From positions 1 through 51,651 of IMG/VR virus record IMGVR_UViG_3300030330_003470: a stretch of 51,651 bases of DNA; one strand, given 5' to 3'. The position numbers were made by a program, and so were the translations under genes. The notes under the pieces were generated by a model that was given only the letters and a program-made list of their open reading frames with translations, was not told where the DNA came from and made no database searches. Below, in pieces: positions 20,120 to 30,282 of the stretch. This DNA comes from a virus. Lineage: Duplodnaviria; Caudoviricetes. How positions within the stretch are numbered: position 1 is the first letter of the stretch; every line of letters begins with the position of its first letter.

Positions 20120-21139
20120 TTAAGTTCTCCAATATGTTTCACAGGACTTAGTTAAATCATCTAAGACATCTTCATTAAGAGGATTCTTTAAGAATTCTAC
20201 CACATCAGAAACATTTCTTCCCATCATGACATTTTTCTTATTATGATAAATATGTCCATCGCTCTTAGTAATAATATACTTAAAAAAGCTGGAATCTTTA
20301 ACAATACTTCTAATTTTTAATGATTCCATATCTGAATTTACTACATCTAAGAATCCATTAACTGCTCTTTCCATATTACTTTCAGCTCCATCTCCATGAA
20401 TGTAGGTATCCATATTTTCATATAGAACATCCAGAGGAGTAGACTTTTTATACTGTGTGCTACTTGCATCTACAACTTTTGCTACATAAAATAATTTAGT
20501 ACTATTCTTGTCAAACAACTTTTGTAGTTCAGCTAGTGCTTTATTTCTAAGCTTCTTATATTCAGTTCTACTAGATACAGTTTCCGCATCTTTATCTAAA
20601 TAAAACTTAGGTGGTCTTGGTTTTGCCTTTGCATCTTCATAACTTTTTGCAATTAAAGAAAACCCTCCTGCCTCAATAGCATATAATTTAATTCTGTCAT
20701 AAGGATCGTTCATGTTAAGAAATAAAGGTTCATTTCCTACACTGATATCTATCTTATTCCAGAATTCATTATTATCTGGTTTTAATAATTTTACTTTATT
20801 CCAAAAATCTTTATCTTCTGGATCAAGTATGTTAGAAGCTAATTCTGCCTCTAAATCTGCAACAGATTCTCTAATCTGTTTTACTTTAGCTTCTCTAGCT
20901 TCTTTGGAAAGTTTTTTGACTTCTGGAGCAAACTCATTAAGACCTGTTAGATATCTATTAATACCATTAATCTCTAAACATGCTAATTGTTCTTGATGTT
21001 TTATTCCATCAAATAAACTTAATCCATAATTTTCTAATCCCATATTTTCTGATCGTGCATCAAAATAGGGTCTAATAGTAATCTTTGATTCTCTACTAGC
21101 TGATGGTGTCTCCACCATTGTAAATTTTTCTTTTGCCAT
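20120..21139 (-). CDS. Conserved capsid-module protein, 339 aa, function unknown
   Basis: Directly downstream of the capsid gene; C-terminal MMGRNVSDVVEFLKNPLN resembles the crAss-like gene at this position. Confidence 0.6.
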   Translation of the reverse strand: MAKEKFTMVETPSASRESKITIRPYFDARSENMGLENYGLSLFDGIKHQEQLACLEINGINRYLTGLNEFAPEVKKLSKEAREAKVKQIRESVADLEAELASNILDPEDKDFWNKVKLLKPDNNEFWNKIDISVGNEPLFLNMNDPYDRIKLYAIEAGGFSLIAKSYEDAKAKPRPPKFYLDKDAETVSSRTEYKKLRNKALAELQKLFDKNSTKLFYVAKVVDASSTQYKKSTPLDVLYENMDTYIHGDGAESNMERAVNGFLDVVNSDMESLKIRSIVKDSSFFKYIITKSDGHIYHNKKNVMMGRNVSDVVEFLKNPLNEDVLDDLTKSCETYWRT

Positions 21140-21179
21140 TGGTTATTATTTTTGTTGGTTATTATTTTGTTGGTTATTA
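21139..21179. repeat. Three direct copies of TTGGTTATTA (minus strand TAATAACCAA) in a leader
   Basis: Read directly: ttggttattattttt-gttggttattatttt-gttggttatta. Confidence 0.85.
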
Positions 21180-21210
21180 AAAAAAAGGGATGGGTTGCCC
21201 CACCCCTCTT
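21179..21210 (-). terminator. Intrinsic terminator after the major capsid gene
   Basis: Minus strand ggggtggg-gcaa-cccatccc followed by a T run. Confidence 0.85.
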
Positions 21211-21231
21211 ATATTTGTGTTTTTGGTTCAA

Positions 21232-22851
21232 TTAGAATGATCCACCAGTAACTGGGTTTCTCATAACAATCTTCAATACCTTAGTTGGGTCTTTTACCCA
21301 TACAGCTGGCATTGTTTGAGACATCATAACTCTGTATCCATTGAATTGACCAGAAGACTGGAATCCTTGGCTACGTCCCATGTAGTCCATTGTACCATTT
21401 TGATACCACCACTTAAGTTGATTATCCCAGGATAACTTCAATAAGAATATGTTATCATTAGTATTATCAGTGATGTCAAAGATAATGAATGAATAAGAAG
21501 ATAATGGGAATCCATCAATGATTGGGTTCTCAATATCATTAGTATTTACATTATCAAATGCTGGGTTAAGTACAAATTTAACGTTAGCAAGGAAAGGAAT
21601 CACATAGCTAGTGTAAGCAAAACCAAAGTTCAAGTCCATTCCTTGACCAGTGATTGCACCTATATCAGCAGCTTGAATTACAAGACCTGAAGCAACTGCT
21701 TCTCTCTTGATAGCTTCATTTACCATTCTCATTCCACCCATACCAGTTTGGACAATCAATTGTCTGTTTGGATCTGGACCTTGGAATTCAACTTTACCGT
21801 TAAAGAAGTTGTAAATCTCAGAACGGAATAGGTCAAGGTTAAAGTTGTTCTTGTTGTATACTCTTTTGAAAGAGTTATCAAGTTGTTGCCAAAGACCTAC
21901 AGATAATCTCAAATCATCTGGACCATCTTGTCTAACTCTACCACCTTGTCCCCACATTAGGTAAGACTCAATGTCATTTGCTACTTTAGTTAAGTGAGCA
22001 GCCTCCATACTTGTAAGGAAAGATCTAGAAAGATCACCATTATCAAATGCTCTCTTTACACCATCTTTACCCATTTTCTTAACCATATCTTCTAATGAAG
22101 CTATAGAAGTATCCATATTGTTACCTGATTGTCTCCAAATCTCAGTTACAGGAATAGTACCATCAGCATTCATTCCACCTTTGATCATAAGATCAGCTCT
22201 AGAAGAAACTGAGTAGTGAACGTGAGCTTCAGCTCCTCCTACATAGTTGTAGAATTCACGGAAACCTGTTCCTGTTGTGATGTCAGAAAATCTTTCACCA
22301 TACTCACCTCTAGCAGAACCTTTTCTAAAGTACTTAGTTCCATTTGCTAAAAATGCAGAATCAAAAGTTGCAGCATTATTATTGTTTACCATCTGAACTG
22401 TGTAGATAAACCCATCACCTGTAGGAAGAATATCCTCATCAGTAATGTAAAGTTCAGCTCCATTGTATTTGTCATAAGTGATGATATCACCATGTCCAAA
22501 TTCTCTGCAGCTCATTTTAATGCGGAAAGTAGTACCATCAGCACCTCTAGTATTACCTAGTCCTGGATCAATATCCTCAATTATATAAGGAAGATCTCTA
22601 GATACAGGTGTTTGCCACTTATACTCTCCACGAGCATTATCTACTTCAATTACATTCTTGCCACCAAAGCTAGACATTTGATAAAGAGGCATTTCAACTT
22701 TCTGGGACATTGCCCACAAGTCCACTGGACCTAGATCCATTGGTTCTGCATCCTTCAACATGTTAACTAGGTGGTAAGAGTCTACGTGTGAACTTGCGCT
22801 GTACGCTGTATCCCGTAGAAAGATACCATTGTTTAAAACTGGAGTTGCCAT
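21232..22851 (-). CDS. Major capsid protein (crAss-like), 539 aa
   Basis: Order portal-scaffold-capsid, a strong terminator, C-ending codon bias suggesting high expression, and motifs EYKWQ, ESYLMWG, GLWQQL, VQTGMGG, WVKDPTK. Confidence 0.85.
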   Translation of the reverse strand: MATPVLNNGIFLRDTAYSASSHVDSYHLVNMLKDAEPMDLGPVDLWAMSQKVEMPLYQMSSFGGKNVIEVDNARGEYKWQTPVSRDLPYIIEDIDPGLGNTRGADGTTFRIKMSCREFGHGDIITYDKYNGAELYITDEDILPTGDGFIYTVQMVNNNNAATFDSAFLANGTKYFRKGSARGEYGERFSDITTGTGFREFYNYVGGAEAHVHYSVSSRADLMIKGGMNADGTIPVTEIWRQSGNNMDTSIASLEDMVKKMGKDGVKRAFDNGDLSRSFLTSMEAAHLTKVANDIESYLMWGQGGRVRQDGPDDLRLSVGLWQQLDNSFKRVYNKNNFNLDLFRSEIYNFFNGKVEFQGPDPNRQLIVQTGMGGMRMVNEAIKREAVASGLVIQAADIGAITGQGMDLNFGFAYTSYVIPFLANVKFVLNPAFDNVNTNDIENPIIDGFPLSSYSFIIFDITDNTNDNIFLLKLSWDNQLKWWYQNGTMDYMGRSQGFQSSGQFNGYRVMMSQTMPAVWVKDPTKVLKIVMRNPVTGGSF

Positions 22852-22879
22852 TTATTATTTGTTTTTATTGTTTACTAAT

Positions 22880-24172
22880 TTAAAATCTTTTGAACATATT
22901 ATTCTTTCTTTGTACTGTTGGTTTTCTTGTTGGTTGTTTTTTTCTTCTAGTATTTGAACTTGAGTCCTGAATAGAAGAAGAACTATTCTTTTGTGACTGA
23001 GCAGTTTTTAATTGTCTTACTGTTTTTTCAACAGCAGTTCTAGATCCTTGTTCTTTTATTTTACTTTTATAACCATTTGGATCAGACAAAAGCCATAATG
23101 CTTCTGCAATTAAATCATGTCTTGGTTCTACAAACTGATATTTTTCAAGAAGGTGACCTAGTAAATTTGTAGGCTTTCCTGATATAGAAGGATAATTAGG
23201 TTGAACTAATCCAGAATATAAATGATTTTGAACTTTTCTATCTAACTTAATATCTCCTAATTTACCATGTGAAAGAGTATTGTATACATTATCCATATAT
23301 TGAGCAGCTGCTTCCTCTTGTTGAGCTTTCTTATGTTCTTGCTCTGCCAATTGTCTTGCCACTATCTGCTCTTGCATTTTATCTAACTTTGGCTTAAATT
23401 GATTAGCTTTTTTAGATAATCTTTCTGTATCAGCCCAAGTTTCTATTTCTTCTTCTATTTCTTCTGGTGTACCAAAATTAGTAGCAGTTAAATATTGTCT
23501 TGCAATTTCTGCTTGATGATTTTCATTATTTGGATCTAGTTCCATAACTTCTTCCACATGTGAAAGAGTTCTAAATAATCCTTTCAAATCTTGTCCACCA
23601 TCAGCAACATATTTAGCAGCTACTTTAAGTTCATCAGGAAGAGAATTAAAAAATTCTTTAGGAGTATCTTGTCTAATCTTAGCTTCCCTTTCTTGAAAAT
23701 TAGCTTCAAACAGTTCTCTGAAATCTTTAGTAGTATATTCTTCAATTGGTTTGTCATCATCAAAACCAAAAAGAGTACCTTCTTCAATCATCTTATTAGC
23801 TAAATCAACTAGACCACTCTTATCAGTTTTAGGTCTACCTGTTTTAGCTTCTCCTGTTTCCTCTTCAGTAATAGCATCATCTAGTTCAGCTAATGCCTCA
23901 TCAACTAACTCTTTTGTTTGTTCTTCATTAGTTACAGGCTCTTCTGTTTCTTCAGTTGTAGTCTCAGTCTTGTCAATGAACGTTGTGTCAAGCTCTTCTG
24001 GTTTAGAGAAGATATTTGACTTTTTATCTTCTACCTCTGGTTCAACTTCTTCTGCTGGGAGCATAACACTTTCAGCACCAGGCTGACCAAAGATTTCATC
24101 TAAATTTACATCTACTTCCTCTACCGTTGTAGAGTCATTTACTTGAGTTTCCTCATTTAATTCTTCTGCCAT
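22880..24172 (-). CDS. Putative scaffolding protein, 430 aa
   Basis: Very acidic N-terminus, coiled coil, basic C-terminus; lies between portal and capsid. Confidence 0.65.
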   Translation of the reverse strand: MAEELNEETQVNDSTTVEEVDVNLDEIFGQPGAESVMLPAEEVEPEVEDKKSNIFSKPEELDTTFIDKTETTTEETEEPVTNEEQTKELVDEALAELDDAITEEETGEAKTGRPKTDKSGLVDLANKMIEEGTLFGFDDDKPIEEYTTKDFRELFEANFQEREAKIRQDTPKEFFNSLPDELKVAAKYVADGGQDLKGLFRTLSHVEEVMELDPNNENHQAEIARQYLTATNFGTPEEIEEEIETWADTERLSKKANQFKPKLDKMQEQIVARQLAEQEHKKAQQEEAAAQYMDNVYNTLSHGKLGDIKLDRKVQNHLYSGLVQPNYPSISGKPTNLLGHLLEKYQFVEPRHDLIAEALWLLSDPNGYKSKIKEQGSRTAVEKTVRQLKTAQSQKNSSSSIQDSSSNTRRKKQPTRKPTVQRKNNMFKRF

Positions 24173-24269
24173 TTGTTAGTTTTTGTTGGTTATTACTTTA
24201 ATATAAGAAATAAATATTAAAAATTTAAAATTCTATAAAAATTTTTAGTTAATTTTTTGCATTATATAG

Positions 24270-24542
24270 CTATTTTAGTTTTTTAAATATTTTTTCAAGT
24301 TGTTTTATATAAAATTCTCTTTCTTCAGACCTTACTAAAGAGATCTCTCTTATAAAGTTTTCTCTCTCATTGTGGCATTGATTTAAGAAATGCTCTCTTT
24401 CTTTATGCCACTTTTCTCTTTCTTTAGAAGATCTGTCAGATAGCTCTTCAATTTTTCTAAGTAACCATCTCTCTCTAGTTATAGCATACAGTACCCATAT
24501 ACCTAATACTCCATATTGTGTTAATACTTCAAAAGTATCCAT
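24270..24542 (-). CDS. Small membrane protein (one TM + coiled coil; holin-like), 90 aa
   Basis: LTQYGVLGIWVLYAI followed by a charged helix. Confidence 0.55.
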   Translation of the reverse strand: MDTFEVLTQYGVLGIWVLYAITRERWLLRKIEELSDRSSKEREKWHKEREHFLNQCHNERENFIREISLVRSEEREFYIKQLEKIFKKLK

Positions 24543-27301
24543 TATTTCTTATCTTTTTTAGGTGATTTAACGTCATACTTATTCTTATTTTCTCTTGCAA
24601 TTTCTAACTGTGTATTAGCAATATCTCTTTGAGCCTGGATTCTTTGTTGTTCAATATCTATTTTTTGATTATGCTTTACCATATCATTAGCTTGTCTTTG
24701 TCTTTCTACTTGAGTTTGCTGTTGATATTGCTCAGTCTTACGTATGTCATCCATAGCATCCTTATAATCTGACTGCATATTCTTATTAAGATCTACCATA
24801 GATCCATAACCAGCAGCTCTAATTTCAGCAATAAGAATATCTTTTTGTCTATCTTTTTCTTTCTCCATTGCTTGTGCATCAAGTTTCATTTTTTCTTGCT
24901 CCTGCTGTGCTTGAATCTGCTGCTCTTGCATTTGTTGCTGTTGTTGCATCTGCTCTTGCTGCTGTTGTTGCTGTTTCTGTTCAGAATCTTTCATAGCTGC
25001 ATTTAACTCAGCAATAGAATCAGACTGAATAACTTTACCTAAATCATATATTGATGCACCAGTAGTATTATTCTGGAGAGCCATTTGTTTTAATTGTTCT
25101 AAAATTGATCTATGATTAGCTGTAGTAGAAGTAAATATATTAAGATCTCTCATTAACATATCTATACCATCTATTTCAAAATTAACCTTTTCATCTGCAG
25201 ATGTTATATAAGTTAATCTAGCAGATGGTTTTGTGCTATGATAATATTGAGCAAGATCTGTTCTCATCTGATGCACTCTTGGCATTAAGTAATCACAGTG
25301 CTGAATAAAGTAAGTTTCTGTTTGAGCATAAGAAGCATTAGCAGCTTGTTCTACACCAGTAGCTGTCATTTGAGATAGCTGTTGTCCCATTCTTTGAGGA
25401 TTAACACCTATTGTCTCATATGCTTGTTGTTTAAAATAATTAGCTAGATTTATTCTAGACATAAGTCTATTAGTTTGATCTAAATCTAATTTTTGAAAAT
25501 GTTGAAAGTTTAATGCATTCTCTGTATTTGTAATAGAGGTATCTAATGGTAACATTCCAAAGTCTTTCATAGCAACATAAGCTTTAGATAAATTACCTTT
25601 ACCCCAGTCTTCACCAAGTGAATGTTGTGGTAATGTATTTTGATCTAACATAATTACAGTTCCTAGTTCATCAACTAAAATATCTGCAATTTGATTATTT
25701 ACCATGTTATAACCAATTTGGAATGGTTTCATTAAATCAACTAATGCTGTAGATTTAGTATTTCTATCTGAGAATACAGCACCTTCTACAGGAAGTTTGC
25801 ATCCATATAAATTATTATCTCCTTTAAATTGGAACTTTAATTTACCTGGTGTCTTTTTATCAATACCAATATAAATAGGAGTCATTCCAGAAGGATTATT
25901 CATGCCCCAGTAACTAGGGATATTTGGGCCAATCTTAATTCCACCCCATACTTCATTAATCCATATCCATTCAATATGTTCTCCAAATATTAAATTATCT
26001 TTAGTTTTATTTTTAAACAATCTATCATCATATATAGGTTTGTCTGTGACTTTATAATCTTCAGTAATTACTTCATTTAAAACTTCTCCTTCATCTGTAA
26101 TTTTAGTCAAATGACCAAGTTTTCTTTGGGACTTCCAATAACAAGTAGTTACTCTTAATAAATATGCACTACCATCATCTTGATAATCTTCTCCTTGAGA
26201 AAGTATTCTATTTACAATATCATCTCCATCTGAAACTGTTCCATCACCCATGAAACTTGTATACTGTCTCATTGCTAAAGATGGTCTCTGAGTATTCCAT
26301 TCATGTGATTGAGATGGATCATAAAAAGTTCCATCATTTTGATAACCTCCAATACTATAACCAGCTGCTCTTATTGGATATATTGCTTCTAATGCCTTTA
26401 ATTGCTTTTCTGTCATTAAGTATCCGTACTTATCAATAACATCAGAAGGAGTTAACATGTCAGTTTTACCAACCCAGTTACAATCAGAAATATATCTTGC
26501 ATCTGGAGATTTATGATAAAAAGTTAATGCAGGATTCCAAAGCTCTACATCATAATCATCTTCCATCATTCTCATATGCCAGAATTCTCTATCTGTTATA
26601 AGCATATCTCTAAACCCTCTTTCTTCTAACTCTTCTAATCTAAATCTTTCGGTATCTACTTTATGTTGATGTGTAGCCCATTCTTCAATCATAGATCTAT
26701 AACTCTTCTTAAAGTACATTTCTATTTCAGGAAGAGTTTTTAATTTCTCTGGATTTAACTCTTGTTGTGCTTCTTCTGATTCAGGATCTAATCCTTGTTC
26801 CAAAAGTGCAGCCATAGTTTTTACTTTAGCTTGAGTTACTAAAACATTTTCTACTTGCAATCTTTTTTGCTCAAGCATTTCATTATATGAAAATTCATCT
26901 ACAGCACGATATGAAAGTTTTGTAGATCTTTTTGCAAACTCAGCTACAAGTACATTAACTACATTTGGTATGATAGGATAAAATTTTAATTCTAATGCAG
27001 ACCCTTCATCAGAATTATCAGTAAGCATACTGATTATATCTCGACTTTCATTATCTTCTTCAATTATATAATCAGATCTATCTATATGACCTTTAGCCAA
27101 TTTATAATTTTTTAAAAGTCTTCTTGAGTTTCTTCTAAGTTGTTTAAGTCCATTCCACTCCAACCAATCAAGATTCCAAGCTGCCCACTCTTCATCTTTT
27201 TTCTTAGATGGTAAAAACTGAACTGGTTGTGTTATAGTACCAATTTTATTCTGCTCAACCTTAGCGCCTTTTTTTAACTGGAGTGCATTAAATACTTGCA
27301 T
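24542..27301 (-). CDS. Portal protein, 919 aa
   Basis: Follows terminase; YPIIPNVVNVLVAE, LVDLMKPFQIGYN, IGVNPQRMGQ...TATGVEQA; Gln-rich coiled-coil C-terminus. Confidence 0.9.
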   Translation of the reverse strand: MQVFNALQLKKGAKVEQNKIGTITQPVQFLPSKKKDEEWAAWNLDWLEWNGLKQLRRNSRRLLKNYKLAKGHIDRSDYIIEEDNESRDIISMLTDNSDEGSALELKFYPIIPNVVNVLVAEFAKRSTKLSYRAVDEFSYNEMLEQKRLQVENVLVTQAKVKTMAALLEQGLDPESEEAQQELNPEKLKTLPEIEMYFKKSYRSMIEEWATHQHKVDTERFRLEELEERGFRDMLITDREFWHMRMMEDDYDVELWNPALTFYHKSPDARYISDCNWVGKTDMLTPSDVIDKYGYLMTEKQLKALEAIYPIRAAGYSIGGYQNDGTFYDPSQSHEWNTQRPSLAMRQYTSFMGDGTVSDGDDIVNRILSQGEDYQDDGSAYLLRVTTCYWKSQRKLGHLTKITDEGEVLNEVITEDYKVTDKPIYDDRLFKNKTKDNLIFGEHIEWIWINEVWGGIKIGPNIPSYWGMNNPSGMTPIYIGIDKKTPGKLKFQFKGDNNLYGCKLPVEGAVFSDRNTKSTALVDLMKPFQIGYNMVNNQIADILVDELGTVIMLDQNTLPQHSLGEDWGKGNLSKAYVAMKDFGMLPLDTSITNTENALNFQHFQKLDLDQTNRLMSRINLANYFKQQAYETIGVNPQRMGQQLSQMTATGVEQAANASYAQTETYFIQHCDYLMPRVHQMRTDLAQYYHSTKPSARLTYITSADEKVNFEIDGIDMLMRDLNIFTSTTANHRSILEQLKQMALQNNTTGASIYDLGKVIQSDSIAELNAAMKDSEQKQQQQQQEQMQQQQQMQEQQIQAQQEQEKMKLDAQAMEKEKDRQKDILIAEIRAAGYGSMVDLNKNMQSDYKDAMDDIRKTEQYQQQTQVERQRQANDMVKHNQKIDIEQQRIQAQRDIANTQLEIARENKNKYDVKSPKKDKK

Positions 27302-27306
27302 AGTTT

Positions 27307-29523
27307 TTATTTAATATTTTTAAAGGCAGATCTTTTAAAACCTCTACCTTTTGATCTTTTGTTTTTTCTACCCATATGAGTAAACGGACTACTATTTAAT
27401 TTAAACAAATTTTCTGACTTTTGCAACTTTTTAGCAGCGTCATCTCTTACTGTTTGTTTTGCATAACCTCTATTTGATTCTTGAATTCTTATAAAAGACA
27501 CAAGTGCTACAAATGATACTAATCTATCCACGTTAACTCCATCTGCATATTCTTGCATTTCTTTTATCAACATAGGATCTGGAATTCTTTCTATTCCATA
27601 AGTAGTTCTAACAACAGTTCCATCTTCTTTTGTTTCTTGATCAAGTTCCTCTCTTACAAATTCTATCCCATAACTCAGCAAGTGTGATTTAAATAAAGTC
27701 CCTGTGTTTTTCCAACCATACTCTTGAAAAACATTTCTATTTGCACCTAAATCTTTTAAAAACATAATTTGACTTTTAGGTACCAAATACTTTTGTTTTT
27801 TTCTATGAATCATATAGTTAATAAATAAAGATATGTTATTCTCTATTACAGTCCATGCATTATACCATTCTATAATTAATTCTAATCTTTGATGAGTTTG
27901 TTTGATATCATCAAATCTTCCGCACCATGCAGCTACTATTTTACTTTGTTCAATATAAGTTTCTGTTTCATCACCTCTTATTTTAGTAACCTCAACAGAA
28001 TTTTTCATTACATAAATAGAACATAAAGAGTCTGATGTAGTAGTTTTACCTTCCGCAACAGGGTCAATAGAAGCATAGTAAGTTCCAAAATCTGGTTTTT
28101 CTTTATTTGGTCTTTCCCATACTACTAAACAACCTGTCTTATCCTCAGTCTTTTTATTTACTGGAAAATCACGTATTGGCTGTTTATTACTTTTTGAAAC
28201 ACTAGGTTTACCATTAGCATCTGTTGTTATATCTAAAAATTCATAAGCATACTCTTTTTCTTCTATTCTTCTTGCCTGTGCAGAAAGAAGGTGTGTAGGA
28301 AATACAGAAACAGATCTATTATCAAATGCTTCTTTTATATTCCTAGGATGCTGAGATATTCTTAATTGATAATCTTCTGGAGCTAGCTCTCTTTTCCAAT
28401 CATCAAATTGTTGTTGTAAAGCTACAATAGCTTCTTGTACTTTGGAGTTGCCATATTGATCTATGTGCGGAGGCATTGACCATTGCTCAGGAATAAATAA
28501 ACCTGACATACCTTCAGTACCTTTATGATCAATTAAATTAGTTTCTACAGCATAAACATCTTTAGAAGTTGGATTAAGAATCATATCCTTAAGAGGATTA
28601 CATTGTGACAAATCACCCACAGATCCTGCTGCTATAAATAATCCTGTAGTAGTAAGTCCTGATCTCATTGCAGGTCTCATATACTCATATGTCTTATCCA
28701 TCTTAGGTGCAATCCCAGCCTCCTCATGAAAGAAGTATTTTACTGGACCCCCTACACCATTTGTTGGATCTTTCTCAAATGACATACCTTGTATTGTACC
28801 TTTAAGACCTACCTCAGTTTTTCTGTTACCTTTTCTAACTTCAATCTTCTGCTGCCACATCATTACCTTACTGGGATTCATTGGTCTATACCATGCAGTA
28901 TGTTCATTTAAAAATGCTGCATATTCATCTAAGAACTTCCAAGATCCTTTCTCATTAATGTAATCTTTAAGACTAGCACCTATTTTTAATGTTACTCCTG
29001 GCTCAAACCATTGCTGATTAATAAGCTTTGCCATATGATAATAAGATGACGCTATTTGACGTTTCTTTAGTATGGCAACATGTTTATAGTTTAACTCTGC
29101 TAGTATCTCATATAGGGCCATATGATATTGAGCATCTCTAATATCCGCAAAGCCAAACTTTTGTATTTCCTTGTTAAAGATTGGTAAGAAGTTTAACCAC
29201 ATGTAGTAGTCTCTGGCTATATACCAAACTTTATCTTTTGATTTAAATATTACTCCTTTTCTACACTTCTTCTTTTCCCCCTCCCAATAGTTAATAAAGT
29301 CTCTTGATTTAAATGGAGCTGCACAATAGAATCCTTGTTTGTTAAATTTGGTAGCTTCTGCATTAAACTCTGCAGAAGTTTCATCAAAGTCATATTGACC
29401 TGGTTCTTTAAATAAATCTCTTATATATGCTGCAAAGTCTTCCCTACTATCAAAGTCTGTAGTAGTCCAGGTTCCATTATCCCATGTTGGAATATCTTGA
29501 TATATTTCTGTATCATTGGTCAT
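27307..29523 (-). CDS. terL: Terminase large subunit, 738 aa
   Basis: LKKRQIASSY (Walker A-like), FFHEEAG (Walker B), YYASIDPV and NVDRLVS nuclease motifs. Confidence 0.92.
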   Translation of the reverse strand: MTNDTEIYQDIPTWDNGTWTTTDFDSREDFAAYIRDLFKEPGQYDFDETSAEFNAEATKFNKQGFYCAAPFKSRDFINYWEGEKKKCRKGVIFKSKDKVWYIARDYYMWLNFLPIFNKEIQKFGFADIRDAQYHMALYEILAELNYKHVAILKKRQIASSYYHMAKLINQQWFEPGVTLKIGASLKDYINEKGSWKFLDEYAAFLNEHTAWYRPMNPSKVMMWQQKIEVRKGNRKTEVGLKGTIQGMSFEKDPTNGVGGPVKYFFHEEAGIAPKMDKTYEYMRPAMRSGLTTTGLFIAAGSVGDLSQCNPLKDMILNPTSKDVYAVETNLIDHKGTEGMSGLFIPEQWSMPPHIDQYGNSKVQEAIVALQQQFDDWKRELAPEDYQLRISQHPRNIKEAFDNRSVSVFPTHLLSAQARRIEEKEYAYEFLDITTDANGKPSVSKSNKQPIRDFPVNKKTEDKTGCLVVWERPNKEKPDFGTYYASIDPVAEGKTTTSDSLCSIYVMKNSVEVTKIRGDETETYIEQSKIVAAWCGRFDDIKQTHQRLELIIEWYNAWTVIENNISLFINYMIHRKKQKYLVPKSQIMFLKDLGANRNVFQEYGWKNTGTLFKSHLLSYGIEFVREELDQETKEDGTVVRTTYGIERIPDPMLIKEMQEYADGVNVDRLVSFVALVSFIRIQESNRGYAKQTVRDDAAKKLQKSENLFKLNSSPFTHMGRKNKRSKGRGFKRSAFKNIK

Positions 29524-30028
29524 ATCCTAATCCTATTCCTCCCCTTACACTACTTTGTTGTTCTTCCTGAAGATCTTTATAGGCACCTTTAAATGATTCT
29601 CTAATTTGTTGGTATTTAGCAGCTGCATTTACTAAAGAGTTTATATTACCATCTCTACCATGTTCAATTGGCGTAGTTTGCATATATCTACCTAATCTAT
29701 CTAACATAGCTGCAATACCTTTATATGCTCTAGATGTAGGTGTCTCATACATTTTTTCACAAAATTTAAGTGCAGTCCATACATCATCATCTTCTGTTGA
29801 AAACTCACCATCTACTTCTTTCATTATAACTTCCTCTTTTTCATGCTCAGGAGTATGAAAGAAGGGATTCATATCTGGATTAGGACATGTCATATAAAAG
29901 AGGTACTGATAAATCTTTAAATAATCATCTGGATAATTATCCATTATATCCTTAAGTGACTTTAATGTATAACAATGTTCTGTAGGAACTACTTTGCCAT
30001 TTTGTATATCAAATAGTTTTGCAATCAT
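29513..30028 (-). CDS. Conserved protein upstream of terL (possible small terminase), 171 aa
   Basis: Overlaps the terL start; helical with C-terminal VRGG. Function inferred from position only. Confidence 0.5.
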   Translation of the reverse strand: MIAKLFDIQNGKVVPTEHCYTLKSLKDIMDNYPDDYLKIYQYLFYMTCPNPDMNPFFHTPEHEKEEVIMKEVDGEFSTEDDDVWTALKFCEKMYETPTSRAYKGIAAMLDRLGRYMQTTPIEHGRDGNINSLVNAAAKYQQIRESFKGAYKDLQEEQQSSVRGGIGLGYDQ

Positions 30029-30030
30029 AT

Positions 30031-30279
30031 TTAAGGATTTATTAAGTTATCAATTGTAGCATAAGTTTCATCAACTATTATTAATACTCCATTTTGCACC
30101 AATTGAGTATAACTGGTAGCAACTCCTTTTGGTGTAACATATGTATAATAAGCTGAAACTGTAGCTAACTCAATTGTTCCTGTACTTGAAATATATGAAT
30201 ATGGATCTGCTGGAGGAATAATTGTTGGATCCGCTGTTATTGTAATTACATTTGTATCTAATTTATTAGTATAAGCCAT
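30031..30279 (-). CDS. Hypothetical protein, 82 aa
   Basis: ORF track; tightly packed in the operon. Confidence 0.65.
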   Translation of the reverse strand: MAYTNKLDTNVITITADPTIIPPADPYSYISSTGTIELATVSAYYTYVTPKGVATSYTQLVQNGVLIIVDETYATIDNLINP

Positions 30280-30282
30280 TTT

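Noticed and set aside
21034-21231. 65-aa minus-strand ORF after the capsid gene
   Set aside because: It runs through the terminator and the leader repeats and overlaps the next gene out of frame.
24880-24985. CAG/CAA-rich repeat
   Set aside because: It encodes the Gln-rich coiled coil of the portal and is not a separate element.
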